This document shows, piece by piece, positions 1 to 9,431 of a DNA stretch of 64,000 nucleotides. The notes under the pieces were generated by a model. It was not told the origin of the DNA. It made no database searches and worked only from the letters and a program-made list of their open reading frames with translations. Made by a program: the position numbers and the translations under genes. Numbering within the stretch: position 1 is the stretch's first letter; every line of letters begins with the position of its first letter. Source of the DNA: an uncultured Actinomycetota bacterium (GTDB lineage Bacteria; Actinomycetota; Thermoleophilia; RBG-16-64-13). The stretch spans positions 57,788 to 121,787 of the forward strand of contig CAWJKH010000008.1 of assembly GCA_963843515.1 (NCBI GenBank), in the 5' to 3' direction.

Positions 1-587
1 ACTACGCCATCCCCCACATCTCCACCGGCGACATCTTGCGCGGGGCTGTGAAGAACGAGACCCCCATGGGGCTGGAGGCCAAGAAGTACATGGACGCGGG
101 CGACCTGGTCCCCGACAGCGTGGTCATCGGGATCGTCAAGGACCGGCTGCAGGAGTCCGACACGGGCAAGGGCTTCCTTATGGACGGGTTCCCCCGCACC
201 ATCCCGCAGGCCGAGGCTCTCGACGCCGCTCTGGATTCGCTCGACCGGGCCATCACCAAAGTGGTCGTGATCCTCGTGGATGAGGAAGACCTGGTGGCGC
301 GGCTCACCGGGCGGCGCATCTGCCGCTCGTGCCAGGCCCCATACCACGTGATGTACAACCAGCCCCAAGTGGAAGATGTCTGCGACAGGTGCGGCGGTGA
401 GTTGTACCAGCGCGATGACGACAGCGAAGCCACGGTCCGCAACCGTCTCGAGGTCTACCGCAAGCAGACCGAGCCCCTCATCGACTACTACGAGAAGGCC
501 GGGGTCGTGGTACGCATCGATGGAGCCAAGGCGCCCGACGAGGTCTACGAGGACATCCGCGCGGCCCTTGGGCCGGCGGACGTCTGA
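1..587 (+). CDS. adk: adenylate kinase, 5' end cut by window edge (reading frame starts at nt 3)
   Basis: Translation YAIPHISTGDILR...GFLMDGFPRT...CRSCQAPYH...CDRCGGELYQRDDD matches the Adk core and the Zn-lid CxxC...CxxC. Sits in the canonical position before map. Confidence 0.93.
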   Translation, partial: YAIPHISTGDILRGAVKNETPMGLEAKKYMDAGDLVPDSVVIGIVKDRLQESDTGKGFLMDGFPRTIPQAEALDAALDSLDRAITKVVVILVDEEDLVARLTGRRICRSCQAPYHVMYNQPQVEDVCDRCGGELYQRDDDSEATVRNRLEVYRKQTEPLIDYYEKAGVVVRIDGAKAPDEVYEDIRAALGPADV

Positions 588-624
588 CGGACCGGCAGTC
601 CCCTCACGGGAATGTTTGGCGAAC

Positions 625-1386
625 GTGATCATCAGGAAGTCACCGGCAGAGATAGAGAAGATGGCTCGGGCCGGAGCCGTCGTCCGGGGCTGTTTGGAAC
701 TTATGGCCCGGGAGGCACGGCCGAGCGTCACGACGAGAGAGCTGGATAGATTGGCGGAGAAGTTCATACGAGCTAATGGTGGAGTGCCCACCTTCAAGGG
801 CTATCGGGGTTTCCCCGGGTCCATTTGTGCGTCCCCGAACGACATGGTGGTGCACGGTATCCCCGGCAAGGTGCGCCTCACTGACGGCGATATCCTCGGC
901 GTGGACGTGGGTGTCACCGTGGAGGGGTACATCGCCGACGCCGCTATGACGTTTCCAATCGGGGAGATCTCCGAGGAGGCCCGTCGGCTGCTGCGGGTCA
1001 CCGAGGAATCGCTCCTCAAAGGCATAGAGCAATGCAAAGTGGGCAACCGCGTCGGCGACATCTCACATGCCGTCCAGACCCACGCCGAAGCCCACGGGTA
1101 CTCTGTTGTGCAGAGCATGGTCGGCCACGGTGTGGGGCGCGACATGCACGAGGATCCCCAGGTGCCCAACTTCGGGCCGCCCGGACAGGGGCCGGAGTTG
1201 CGGGAGGGTATGGTGCTGGCCATCGAGCCGATGGTCAACGCCGGCGGCTATCAGGTGGAGATGGGTGACGACGGTTGGGCCATCTACACCCGGGACCACA
1301 CTCTGTCCGCCCATTTCGAGCATACGGTGGCCATCACCAACAACGGCCCTCGCATCCTTACCAACGCGAAAGCAACGGGGGCCTAG
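625..1386 (+). CDS. map: methionine aminopeptidase type I
   Basis: VIIRKSPAEIEKMARAG...VHGIPG...GDILGVDVG...HGVGRDMHE...LAIEPM...HFEHTV are classic MetAP motifs. The track ORF starts at 376 but overlaps adk; GTG 625 (or TTG 616) fits the usual N-terminus. Confidence 0.9.
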   Translation: MIIRKSPAEIEKMARAGAVVRGCLELMAREARPSVTTRELDRLAEKFIRANGGVPTFKGYRGFPGSICASPNDMVVHGIPGKVRLTDGDILGVDVGVTVEGYIADAAMTFPIGEISEEARRLLRVTEESLLKGIEQCKVGNRVGDISHAVQTHAEAHGYSVVQSMVGHGVGRDMHEDPQVPNFGPPGQGPELREGMVLAIEPMVNAGGYQVEMGDDGWAIYTRDHTLSAHFEHTVAITNNGPRILTNAKATGA

Positions 1387-1451
1387 AGGGATGATGGGGT
1401 GTGCTAAGATAGGCGGCTGGCGTTCGGGCAGGGGTCTGAAAGTGGGCGAGC

Positions 1452-1673
1452 GTGTCTCCTAAAGAAGAAGCCATCGAGCTGGAAGGCGAGGTCATCGAGG
1501 CCTTGCCCAACACCATGTTCAGGGTCAAGCTCGACAACGAGCTGGAGATCCTCGCGCACATCTCGGGCAAGATGCGCATGAACTACATCCGCATCCTGCC
1601 CGGCGACCGCGTGAAGGTGGAGTTGTCCCCGTACGATCTGACCCGGGGTCGGATCACGTACCGGTTCAAGTAG
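1452..1673 (+). CDS. infA: translation initiation factor IF-1
   Basis: 73 aa with [19 protein letters not shown]...[23 protein letters not shown] start. Confidence 0.95.
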   Translation: MSPKEEAIELEGEVIEALPNTMFRVKLDNELEILAHISGKMRMNYIRILPGDRVKVELSPYDLTRGRITYRFK

Positions 1674-1686
1674 AGGAAGGACGTAC

Positions 1687-1800
1687 ATGAAAGTCAGAGC
1701 GTCGGTCAAGCCGATGTGTGAAAAATGCATGATAGTGCGGCGCAAAGGCGTGGTGCTGGTCATCTGCCAGAACCCGCGCCACAAGCAGCGCCAGGGTTAG
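1687..1800 (+). CDS. rpmJ: 50S ribosomal protein L36
   Basis: Hand translation gives [37 protein letters not shown] (37 aa). Too short for the ORF track. Canonical infA-rpmJ-rpsM position. Confidence 0.93.
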   Translation: MKVRASVKPMCEKCMIVRRKGVVLVICQNPRHKQRQG

Positions 1801-1957
1801 GCTGCTTCATGATGAAGTCACGGCCATCACAGCGCACTAGACGGCGCGATAGCACGTCCTCGGTCGTGCCCGTAGCGCTGCTACGAACACTCCCTGCGTC
1901 CTTCTCTCACGCGCGTCGATCGCGCTCGGATGGCGCAACTTCATCAATCAGCAGCCT
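1799..1957 (+). repeat. 159-nt structured intergenic element, copy A (termini AGGCTGCT...AGCAGCCT)
   Basis: Aligns over its full length with 13952..14110 and with the reverse complement of 63129..63287. Has a terminal inverted repeat, a central hairpin GTGCCCGTAGC-GCT-GCTACGAACAC and the conserved core CTCCCTGCGTCCTTCTCTC. Its first two nt complete the rpmJ TAG stop. Confidence 0.8.
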
Positions 1958-1975
1958 CTAAGGCAGGAGAAGAGT

Positions 1976-2353
1976 ATGGCTCGTATCGCTGGTGTCACGC
2001 TCCCCAGGGAGAAGCGGATCGAGATCGGTCTCACCTATGTGTATGGGATCGGCCGCTCGACGTCCAACAAGATCCTCTCGGCAGTGAAGATCGACCCCAA
2101 CACGCACGTCAAGGACCTCACCGAAGACGAAGAGATCCGGCTGCGTGGTTACATCGAAGAGAACGTGACGGTCGAGGGCGATCTGCGCCGCGAGCGCAGC
2201 CAGAACATCAAGCGCCTCATGGAGATCGGCTGCTACCGGGGCATTCGTCACAGGCGCGGCATGCCGGTAAGGGGCCAGCGCACCAAGACCAACGCGCGCG
2301 TGCGCAAAGGTCACAAGCCTACCGTGGGCGTCAAGAAGAAGGTGCGGGTCTAG
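1976..2353 (+). CDS. rpsM: 30S ribosomal protein S13
   Basis: [26 protein letters not shown]...[35 protein letters not shown] lies upstream. Confidence 0.96.
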   Translation: MARIAGVTLPREKRIEIGLTYVYGIGRSTSNKILSAVKIDPNTHVKDLTEDEEIRLRGYIEENVTVEGDLRRERSQNIKRLMEIGCYRGIRHRRGMPVRGQRTKTNARVRKGHKPTVGVKKKVRV

Positions 2354-2399
2354 CCGGCCGGCGGGACCTGCGAGTAAGAATCAGGGAGAGAAGAGGAAC

Positions 2400-2807
2400 A
2401 TGCCGAAACCCAAGCGCACAGCCACCGGCCCGCGCGCACGCCGCCGCAAGGTGCGGAAGAGCATCGCCGTAGGCAATGCCTACATCAAGACGTCGTTCAA
2501 TAACACCCTCGTCACCCTCACCGACAAAGAGGGCAACGTGATCTCATGGGCCAGCGCCGGCTCGGCGGGCTTCAAGGGCTCGCGCAAGTCCACGCCCTTC
2601 GCGGCCCAGGTGACTGCGGAGCGGGCCGCGCGCGCGGCCATGGAGCACGGCCTCCAGAAGGTCGACTGCTACGTCAAAGGTCCGGGCAGCGGCCGCGAGA
2701 CGGCCATCCGCTCGCTTCAGGCCGCCGGTATCGACGTGACGTCGGTCAAAGACGTCACCCCCATCCCCCACAACGGTTGCCGCCCCAAAAAGCGGCGCCG
2801 AGTATAA
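2400..2807 (+). CDS. rpsK: 30S ribosomal protein S11
   Basis: [42 protein letters not shown]...[17 protein letters not shown]. Confidence 0.96.
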   Translation: MPKPKRTATGPRARRRKVRKSIAVGNAYIKTSFNNTLVTLTDKEGNVISWASAGSAGFKGSRKSTPFAAQVTAERAARAAMEHGLQKVDCYVKGPGSGRETAIRSLQAAGIDVTSVKDVTPIPHNGCRPKKRRRV

Positions 2808-2819
2808 GGGAGAGGGACC

Positions 2820-3446
2820 ATGGCACGAGACACATCTCCGCAATGCAGGCAGTGCCGGCGGGAAGGCGAGAAGCTCTTCCTCAAAGGCGAACGCTGCCTC
2901 ACCGACAAGTGTGGCGTCGACAGGCGCGCCTACGCGCCGGGCGACCACGGCCGTGGCCGGCGGCGCAAGCAGTCCGAGTACCTCACTCAGCTTCGCGAGA
3001 AGCAGAAGGCCCGCCGGTACTACGGCGTGCTTGAGGGCCAGTTCCACGGCTACTACGAGACGGCCGCCCGGCAGTCCGGCATCACTGGCGAGAACCTGCT
3101 GCGGCTGCTCGAACTGCGGCTGGACAACGTCGTGTACCGTCTGGGCTTCGGCGCCTCGCGCCGGCAGGCTCGGCAGCTGGTGCGGCATGGCCACTTCACG
3201 GTGAACGGCCGCAAGGTGAACATCCCGTCGTATCGGGTGCGGCCCGATGACATCATCACCGCCGTGCTGGCCAGCGAAGGCTTGAAGGCGGTCGTCGAGG
3301 ACGCCACCGATCTGACGGCTTCTGTGCCGGCCTGGCTGCAGGCCGATCACGACAACATGGTGGGGAAGGTCCTTCGCATGCCCGAGCGCACCGACATCGA
3401 CATCCCCGTCCAGGAGTCTCTCATCGTCGAGTTGTACTCCAAGTAG
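2820..3446 (+). CDS. rpsD: 30S ribosomal protein S4
   Basis: [18 protein letters not shown]...[12 protein letters not shown]...[29 protein letters not shown] (S4 N-terminal plus S4 RNA-binding domain). Confidence 0.95.
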   Translation: MARDTSPQCRQCRREGEKLFLKGERCLTDKCGVDRRAYAPGDHGRGRRRKQSEYLTQLREKQKARRYYGVLEGQFHGYYETAARQSGITGENLLRLLELRLDNVVYRLGFGASRRQARQLVRHGHFTVNGRKVNIPSYRVRPDDIITAVLASEGLKAVVEDATDLTASVPAWLQADHDNMVGKVLRMPERTDIDIPVQESLIVELYSK

Positions 3447-3461
3447 TCCTGAGGAGGGCCA

Positions 3462-4415
3462 TTGTTAGACTTCGCCACCCCGCATAGTGCGTATGAGCCG
3501 GTCGGTGAGAACCGGGGCCGCTTCATGGTGGAGCCGCTGGCCCGCGGCTTCGGGTATACCTTCGGCAACGCCCTGCGGCGCGTACTGCTGTCCTCACTGG
3601 AGGGCGCTGCCATCTCCTCGGTGAAGGTCACCGGGGTCGAGCACGAGTTCTCCACGGTGCCGCACGTCAAGGAAGACGTCACCGACATCATCCTCAACCT
3701 CAAGAAGATCGTCTTCGTGCTTCACGGCGAAGCCGACGATCACGAGGTCATGCTGGTCAAGGACGGCCCGGGGATGGTCACCGCCGCCGACATCCAGCTT
3801 CCGGCGGCCGTGGAAGTCATGGATCCCGACGCCTACATCGCCGCCATCGAGGACGGTGGGCGCCTGGAGATGCAGCTGACCGTGCGCCGGGGCCGGGGCT
3901 ACGCCTCCGCCGACGACAACAAGCCGGTCACGGCTATCGTGGGTGTCATCCCCATCGACTCGATCTTCTCGCCGGTGCGGCGCGTGGCCTACAGTGTGGA
4001 GCCCGCGCGCGTGGGCCAACGCACCGACTTCGACAAGCTGACGCTTGAAGTGGAGACCAACGGGGCCATCGATCCCCGCTCGGCCGTGACCAAGGCTGCC
4101 GGCATACTGCGCGAGGAGCTGCTCATCTTCACCGGCGATGGCGCCGAGGAGGAAGAGGGCTTCGGGGCCGATCTGGCTCGGTTCGGCGAAGCGCCAGTCG
4201 CCACGGGGTCGGGCTATGACGACACCCCCATCGAGGAGCTGGAGTTGGGCGTGCGCTCCTACAACTGTCTCAAGCGGGAAGGCATCGAGACCGTCGGCGA
4301 CTTGATCAACAAGTCCGAGCAGGAGCTCATGTGCATCCCCAACTTCGGGCGCAAGAGCATAGAAGAGGTGCGCGAGCGCCTCGAGAAGAACAATCTGACG
4401 CTAAAGGGAGAATAA
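3462..4415 (+). CDS. rpoA: DNA-directed RNA polymerase alpha subunit
   Basis: GRFMVEPLARGFGYTFGNALRRVLLSSLEGAAI...C-terminal ELELGVRSYNCLKREGIETVGDL. TTG start. Confidence 0.95.
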   Translation: MLDFATPHSAYEPVGENRGRFMVEPLARGFGYTFGNALRRVLLSSLEGAAISSVKVTGVEHEFSTVPHVKEDVTDIILNLKKIVFVLHGEADDHEVMLVKDGPGMVTAADIQLPAAVEVMDPDAYIAAIEDGGRLEMQLTVRRGRGYASADDNKPVTAIVGVIPIDSIFSPVRRVAYSVEPARVGQRTDFDKLTLEVETNGAIDPRSAVTKAAGILREELLIFTGDGAEEEEGFGADLARFGEAPVATGSGYDDTPIEELELGVRSYNCLKREGIETVGDLINKSEQELMCIPNFGRKSIEEVRERLEKNNLTLKGE

Positions 4416-4417
4416 GG

Positions 4418-4768
4418 GTGAGGCATCAGAGAAAAGGAAGACGGCTCGGAGTGACGCCGAGCCACCGCCGGCAGATGCTGGCGAACCTTGCCTGCTCTGT
4501 GCTCGAGCATGGACGTATCAAGACCACCGAGGCCAAGGCGAAGGAAGTCAAGCCCATGGTCGAGAAGTGGATCACGATGGGCAAATCCGGCGACCTCAAC
4601 TCGCGCCGCGTGGCCATCAGCCAGCTCCGCAACAAGCAGATCTCGTACAAGCTCTTCAACGAAATAGCGCCGCGCTACGCGGACCGTCCGGGCGGCTACA
4701 CCCGCATCATCCACGTGGGGCCGCGCGCGGGCGACGCCGCCGAAATGGTTTACCTGGAGCTCGTCTAG
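4418..4768 (+). CDS. rplQ: 50S ribosomal protein L17
   Basis: VRHQRKGRRLGVTPSHRRQMLANLA...TTEAKAKEVKP..EK.IT is an L17 signature. GTG 4418 follows the rpoA stop; the track ORF start at 4331 overlaps rpoA. Confidence 0.93.
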   Translation: MRHQRKGRRLGVTPSHRRQMLANLACSVLEHGRIKTTEAKAKEVKPMVEKWITMGKSGDLNSRRVAISQLRNKQISYKLFNEIAPRYADRPGGYTRIIHVGPRAGDAAEMVYLELV

Positions 4769-4835
4769 GCCGACAGGCGCCGCGGGCGGCCGAGCCGGCC
4801 GCGCGGGGCGCATCCGGAGCGAGATGGTTATAGTG

Positions 4836-4870
4836 ATGCCGGGGCTGCAAAGCCCCGGCATTTGCTTTCT
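4836..4870 (+). terminator. intrinsic terminator after rplQ
   Basis: Perfect 11-bp stem ATGCCGGGGCT / AGCCCCGGCAT with a GCAA loop, followed by TTGCTTTCT. Confidence 0.7.
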
Positions 4871-4957
4871 GTGACCCGCCGCCGGGCGGGTGAGCTGGTG
4901 AGCACGATCGAGGCCGCAGCGATTCTCCGCGGCGGCGCCGCGCGACAGGGAGGCCTG

Positions 4958-5890
4958 GTGGAGCGCAACCACCGCATGGAAGTGCAATACGAAGGGACCG
5001 GGCTCCACGGCTGGGCCAAGCAGGACGGGCTCCTGACCGTTGAGGGTTGTCTGGAGGAGGCGTTCCGGACGGTGCTGGGCGTCGCGCCCGTGCTACGCGT
5101 GGCCGGGCGCACGGACGCCGGCGTGCATGCCCGCCGGCAGGTAGTCAGCCTGTTGCTGCCGGCCGGACAGGACTTGGTGAAGCTGACCCGGTCGCTGAAT
5201 GCCCTCACGCCTCTCGGGATCGCCGTCCTGGACCTGCGCCGGACGCGGGCCAGCTTTGAGGCGCGCAAGGACGTCACCAGCCGCAGCTACCGCTACTTCG
5301 TGTGCACCGACCAAGTGGTGCCGCCGTTCTGGCCCCGCTACTGCTGGCACGTCTTGCCTGGAGGGCTGGATGCGGCGGCCATGGCCGAGGCTGCGGCGCT
5401 GGTCACCGGTCGGCACGACTTCACCGCGTTTACGCCCACCGAGACGGAGCACGCGTTCTTTGGCCGGACCGTGCTGGGGTGTCGCTGGACCCGACCCGGT
5501 GGCGCGGCACTGCCGGCGGCGGCGCTGGGAGGGGCAACTGGTTCAGGTGGCGCCCGCCGCGGCCGTGGACGGGCCGCCGCCGGCATGCTCTGCCTGCAGA
5601 TCGAAGCCGACGCCTTCCTCCGTCACATGGTGCGGACGCTGGTAGGGACGATGGTGGAGGTGGGTCGCGGCGAGCGCAGCCTGGAAGACTTCCGGCGGCT
5701 GCTGGAGGGGGCGCCGCGCGAAGCCGCCGGGCCGACGGCGCCGGCGCACGGGCTCTTCTTGTGGGCCGTCAAGTACGGGCGGCGTGCCGGGTCCGGTGCC
5801 GATGCCGGGATGAACCGGCTGCCCTGTGGGACAATCCCCGGCGAAGCCGGCGGCCGACCTATCGAAGAATCCACAGACAGCGAGGCTTGA
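4958..5890 (+). CDS. truA: tRNA pseudouridine(38-40) synthase TruA, with an internal Gly/Ala/Arg-rich insertion and a C-terminal extension
   Basis: VQYEGTGLHGWAKQ...VAGRTDAGVHARRQV...FLRHMVRTLVGTMVEVG...APAHGLFLW. The start is uncertain: GTG 4958 or ATG 4976. The track start 4862 lies inside the rplQ terminator. Confidence 0.85.
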   Translation: MERNHRMEVQYEGTGLHGWAKQDGLLTVEGCLEEAFRTVLGVAPVLRVAGRTDAGVHARRQVVSLLLPAGQDLVKLTRSLNALTPLGIAVLDLRRTRASFEARKDVTSRSYRYFVCTDQVVPPFWPRYCWHVLPGGLDAAAMAEAAALVTGRHDFTAFTPTETEHAFFGRTVLGCRWTRPGGAALPAAALGGATGSGGARRGRGRAAAGMLCLQIEADAFLRHMVRTLVGTMVEVGRGERSLEDFRRLLEGAPREAAGPTAPAHGLFLWAVKYGRRAGSGADAGMNRLPCGTIPGEAGGRPIEESTDSEA

Positions 5891-6787
5891 ATGATCTGGA
5901 CATCCTATCCCCGCTACCACGGCCACGTTATCCGCCCTCCCAGCGAGGCCAACAGCCTCATCCTGCAGGTGATGTACGGCTGCTCGCATGGCGACTGCAC
6001 CTTCTGCGGGTCGTACCTGGGCAAGCCCTTCCGTGTACGGCCGTTCAACGAGGTGATCGAGGACATCCAGAACCTAACCGAGGGCTACAAGCGAAACATC
6101 GACCGCGTGTTCCTCGCCGACGGGGACGCCCTCGCCATCCCCAAGCGCCGGATGCTCGAACTGCTCGACCTTCTCAAGACGGAACTCCCGAGTCTCGAAC
6201 GGATCAGCGCCTACGCCAACGCCCACTCGCTGCTGCGCCTCTCCCAGGAGGACCTCGCCGAGATCAGGCAGCACGGGCTGGAACTGCTCTATCTGGGACT
6301 CGAATCCGGGGACGAAGAGACCCTGGCGTGGATCAAGAAAGGGGTGACGGTGGCCCAGCAGATCGAGGGCTGCCGTAAGGCTAAGGCCGCGGGGTTCGCC
6401 ATGTCGGTCACAGCCATTCTGGGGATTGGCGGAACAGAGCGCTCGCACGAGCACGCGGTGGGCACCGGCAAGGCGCTGTCGGCCATCGACCCGGAGTACA
6501 TCGGGATACTGTCGCTCATGCTCGAGTCGGGGACAGAGATGACCGAGGCGGTCCGGAGCGGCCGGTTCGTGGTCCCCGAGCCTCTCGACCTGTTGCGCGA
6601 GTTGCGGGAGATGATCGCGACCCTGGACGTCACCCACGCCGTCTTTCGCAGCAACCATGCCTCGAACTACCTGGCGCTGCGTGGGACCCTGCCCGAGGAC
6701 AAGGCCGCTCTCCTCGACGCTCTCGACAGGGTCATCGACATGGGGAGCAAGGCCCGGCTCAAGCCGGAGAGCTGGCGGGCGCTGTAA
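5891..6787 (+). CDS. radical SAM domain protein, unknown subfamily
   Basis: LILQVMYGCSHGDCTFCGSY cluster loop followed by a TIM-barrel-like pattern (FLADGDAL, YLGLESGD, ILGIGG). ATG directly abuts the truA stop. Confidence 0.75.
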   Translation: MIWTSYPRYHGHVIRPPSEANSLILQVMYGCSHGDCTFCGSYLGKPFRVRPFNEVIEDIQNLTEGYKRNIDRVFLADGDALAIPKRRMLELLDLLKTELPSLERISAYANAHSLLRLSQEDLAEIRQHGLELLYLGLESGDEETLAWIKKGVTVAQQIEGCRKAKAAGFAMSVTAILGIGGTERSHEHAVGTGKALSAIDPEYIGILSLMLESGTEMTEAVRSGRFVVPEPLDLLRELREMIATLDVTHAVFRSNHASNYLALRGTLPEDKAALLDALDRVIDMGSKARLKPESWRAL

Positions 6788-6810
6788 CGCGGCCGCCCCC
6801 TGGGAGCCTG

Positions 6811-9411
6811 CTACACTTTCGCCACCTCGATGAGGCACGAGTTCGGCGCTTGCCCGGTCGACGTGGGCGTGATGAACCGGTGCGACGTTAGCATGTTGAT
6901 GCACCCCGCCCTGTCCGCCGAGTAGCCCGGCTCGCCCACCGGCAGGTAGTCGCAGCACGACTCGAAGGAGTGCACCGTGCCCGGCGGTACGCGCTCAGTC
7001 ACCTGAGCGGCCAGAATCACCTCGGCTCGGTCGTTGAACGCTCGGATGAGGTCGCCGTCGGCGATGCCCCGGGCGGCCGCGTCTTGGGAGTTGAGCCGCA
7101 TGATCCAGTAATGGTGGCCGTCTTCTTTGAGCACCCGATGGTCCTTGATGTCGTTACTCCACGACCCCTTCAGGTCACCCATGGTGTGGAAACTGAAGCG
7201 GGCGTGGGGCGACACCATCTGCAGGGGGAATTTCTCGTAGAGTTCGGTGGTGTGGTGCCCCTCCCAACTGGGGATGTACTGCGGGCCCATCACCGGACGC
7301 TCGGGGTCCACCTCGTCGGTCTCGTAGAACCGCCGGAGGCTGTTGGAAACGAACTCGATCTTGCCGCTGGAGGTCTGCAGGCCCTTGCGCCGTACCATGT
7401 CCCAGACGGGGGTGGCGCCGGGGGTGTCCTTGACCCGGTCCTCGGCGAACCAGCGGTACGCCGGGGTGGCGAGAGTGCCATCGGGGACGGGGACCACGTA
7501 GTAGCCCTTGTCCTCGAACTCTTCCCAGGAGATGCGCTGCGGTAGGTCGCTGGCGTCGAAGACGCGCTTGACCCAGTCCAGGTCGGTGTGGCCGCCTTCG
7601 GTGTAGATGTCGGCCAGGTCCATGCGTTCGGCCAGAGCGGTGAAGATGTCGTAGTCGGACTTCGACTCTCCCAGAGGCTCGATGCACTTCTTCTGGAACA
7701 CGATGGTCCGGTGGTTGCATTGGTCGAACTTGTGCGGTCCGTAGCCGGCGGCGTAGGCCCAGTCGGCGATGTCCCAGCGCTCGAAGTTGGTGCAGGCGGG
7801 CAGGATGATGTCGGCGAAGCGGGCTTCGCCCTCGAACCAGATGGACTGGTTGACGACCATGCCCACCTTGCCCTCCCGATACGCCCGGACGTAGCGGTTG
7901 GTGTCGGTCATGGTGCCGATGAACGAGCCACCGTAGCGGTAGTACATCTGCACATGGGGATACCCGGACGCCGGATACCGGTACTTGGTGAACTGCGACT
8001 CTATGGAGGCGCCGCAGAAGCCCTTGCCCCGCCACTCCATGCTCTCGTGCTTCATGGCCTCGGGGATGCGGAGACGCGAGACGAGCTGACCCTCAGGTGA
8101 ATGATGAGGGTTGGAGAAGGTGCCGCCGTTCGGCCACATGCGCGGGGCCAGGCGAGCGCCCGCTGCTGTGGTCGCGGTGTCACCGGAGATGCCGCCCTCG
8201 GCGTAACCTGGGAAGAAGAAGTCCCGATCGAAGGGTGCCCCCGACGTGGTGGACCACATGTTGCTGCCCGGCTTGCCCATGCCCTGCATGGCGGCCAGGG
8301 CGATCATGGCCCGGGCCCACTCGTTGCCGGTGGCGGCGCGGCACGCGCCGCCCCAGCCGCCGGTGCCGCCCGCGGCCAGCATGGTCTTCTTCGTGCCCCA
8401 CTCCCGGGCCAGAGCCCGGATCTCCCGGGCTGGGATCCCCGACTCGATCTCCGCCCACTCCGGTGTCTTGGCGGTGCCGTCGCTCTCGCCCAGTATGTAG
8501 GCCTTCCACTCGTCGAAGCCGTGGGTGCGGCCGGTCACGTAGTCCTTGTCGTACAGCCCCTCCGCAAGCCACACGAAGGCGATGGCGAGGGCCATGGCCA
8601 CGTCCGTTCCCAGACGCGGCGCGAACCACTTGTCGCCCATGAGGCTGGCGGTATGGTTATAGTACGGGTCGATGAAGACCATCTTCATGCCGGCCTCGCG
8701 CAGCCAGCGGCGGCGGATGGTGCTCTCGAAGGAACCGTAGACCCCGCCGGTGGTCTCCGGGTCGCTGGACCAGAAGACGATCATCTCGCTGTGCTGGAGG
8801 GCGTCCTCCAGCAGGTCATACTGTTCGGGCACACCCAGGCGGTTGCTGTTGCCCCACATGTGAGCGCCACCCCACTGCCAGCCCTCCCAGCTATCAGGAT
8901 TGTGCTCGGCGTAGGTGTAGCCCACCAGGTTCATGAACCGGTTGTATGCGCTGAAGCGGTAGCCGATGTTGCCCCACAGGTGGTGGGACCCCGGGGTGGT
9001 CATCATGGCCGCCGGTCCCACCTCGCGCTTGAGGCGGATCATCTCCTCGGCGACGATGTCAAGGGCTTCGTCCCAGGGGATGGGCTGGTAGCCGGATGTC
9101 CCCCGGTTCTGAGCGTTGCGCCCGCCCGGGCCGGTGGAACCGGCGGCGCCGCTGGGGTCGAAGTCCACGCGCTTGAGGGGGGTGAGGATTCGGTTGGGCG
9201 AGTAGATCGTCGACTTGTGAGCGACGGTCCACGGCGAGAGAGTGTTCTTGCGCGGGGGGGTGAAGTCGCGGCCGCGGGCGTGGATGGTCCAGGAGCGGGC
9301 ATCACTGTCGTCGAGCTGAAGCGGGATGATGCGGACGATGCGCCCATCCTCCACATCCACATGCACCGGTCCGCCGGTGGTGAGGTTGGTCAGCCGCCGT
9401 ATCTCTGCCAT
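6811..9411 (-). CDS. molybdopterin (bis-MGD) oxidoreductase, pyrogallol hydroxytransferase large-subunit-like (AthL-type), paralog 2
   Basis: 866 aa starting MAEIRRLTNLTTGGPVHV. Contains HNPDSWEGWQWGGAHMWG and ADIILPACTNFERWDI, plus a C-terminal Molydop-binding-type segment (INSQDAAARGIADGDLIRAFNDRAEVILAAQVTERVPPGTV). No N-terminal Cys cluster motif or Tat signal. RBS AAAGGACGGG lies before the ATG at 9411. Confidence 0.85.
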   Translation of the reverse strand: MAEIRRLTNLTTGGPVHVDVEDGRIVRIIPLQLDDSDARSWTIHARGRDFTPPRKNTLSPWTVAHKSTIYSPNRILTPLKRVDFDPSGAAGSTGPGGRNAQNRGTSGYQPIPWDEALDIVAEEMIRLKREVGPAAMMTTPGSHHLWGNIGYRFSAYNRFMNLVGYTYAEHNPDSWEGWQWGGAHMWGNSNRLGVPEQYDLLEDALQHSEMIVFWSSDPETTGGVYGSFESTIRRRWLREAGMKMVFIDPYYNHTASLMGDKWFAPRLGTDVAMALAIAFVWLAEGLYDKDYVTGRTHGFDEWKAYILGESDGTAKTPEWAEIESGIPAREIRALAREWGTKKTMLAAGGTGGWGGACRAATGNEWARAMIALAAMQGMGKPGSNMWSTTSGAPFDRDFFFPGYAEGGISGDTATTAAGARLAPRMWPNGGTFSNPHHSPEGQLVSRLRIPEAMKHESMEWRGKGFCGASIESQFTKYRYPASGYPHVQMYYRYGGSFIGTMTDTNRYVRAYREGKVGMVVNQSIWFEGEARFADIILPACTNFERWDIADWAYAAGYGPHKFDQCNHRTIVFQKKCIEPLGESKSDYDIFTALAERMDLADIYTEGGHTDLDWVKRVFDASDLPQRISWEEFEDKGYYVVPVPDGTLATPAYRWFAEDRVKDTPGATPVWDMVRRKGLQTSSGKIEFVSNSLRRFYETDEVDPERPVMGPQYIPSWEGHHTTELYEKFPLQMVSPHARFSFHTMGDLKGSWSNDIKDHRVLKEDGHHYWIMRLNSQDAAARGIADGDLIRAFNDRAEVILAAQVTERVPPGTVHSFESCCDYLPVGEPGYSADRAGCINMLTSHRFITPTSTGQAPNSCLIEVAKV

Positions 9412-9431
9412 GGATCCCGTCCTTTGTTGGT

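Noticed and set aside
376-624. N-terminal 83-aa extension of map suggested by the ORF track (likewise upstream extensions of rplQ, rpsI, rpmE, the dCMP deaminase gene, the binding protein and the TetR at 54264)
   Set aside because: The extensions overlap the preceding conserved gene in another frame and are low-complexity. Conserved N-termini and RBS positions support the shorter starts listed in the features.
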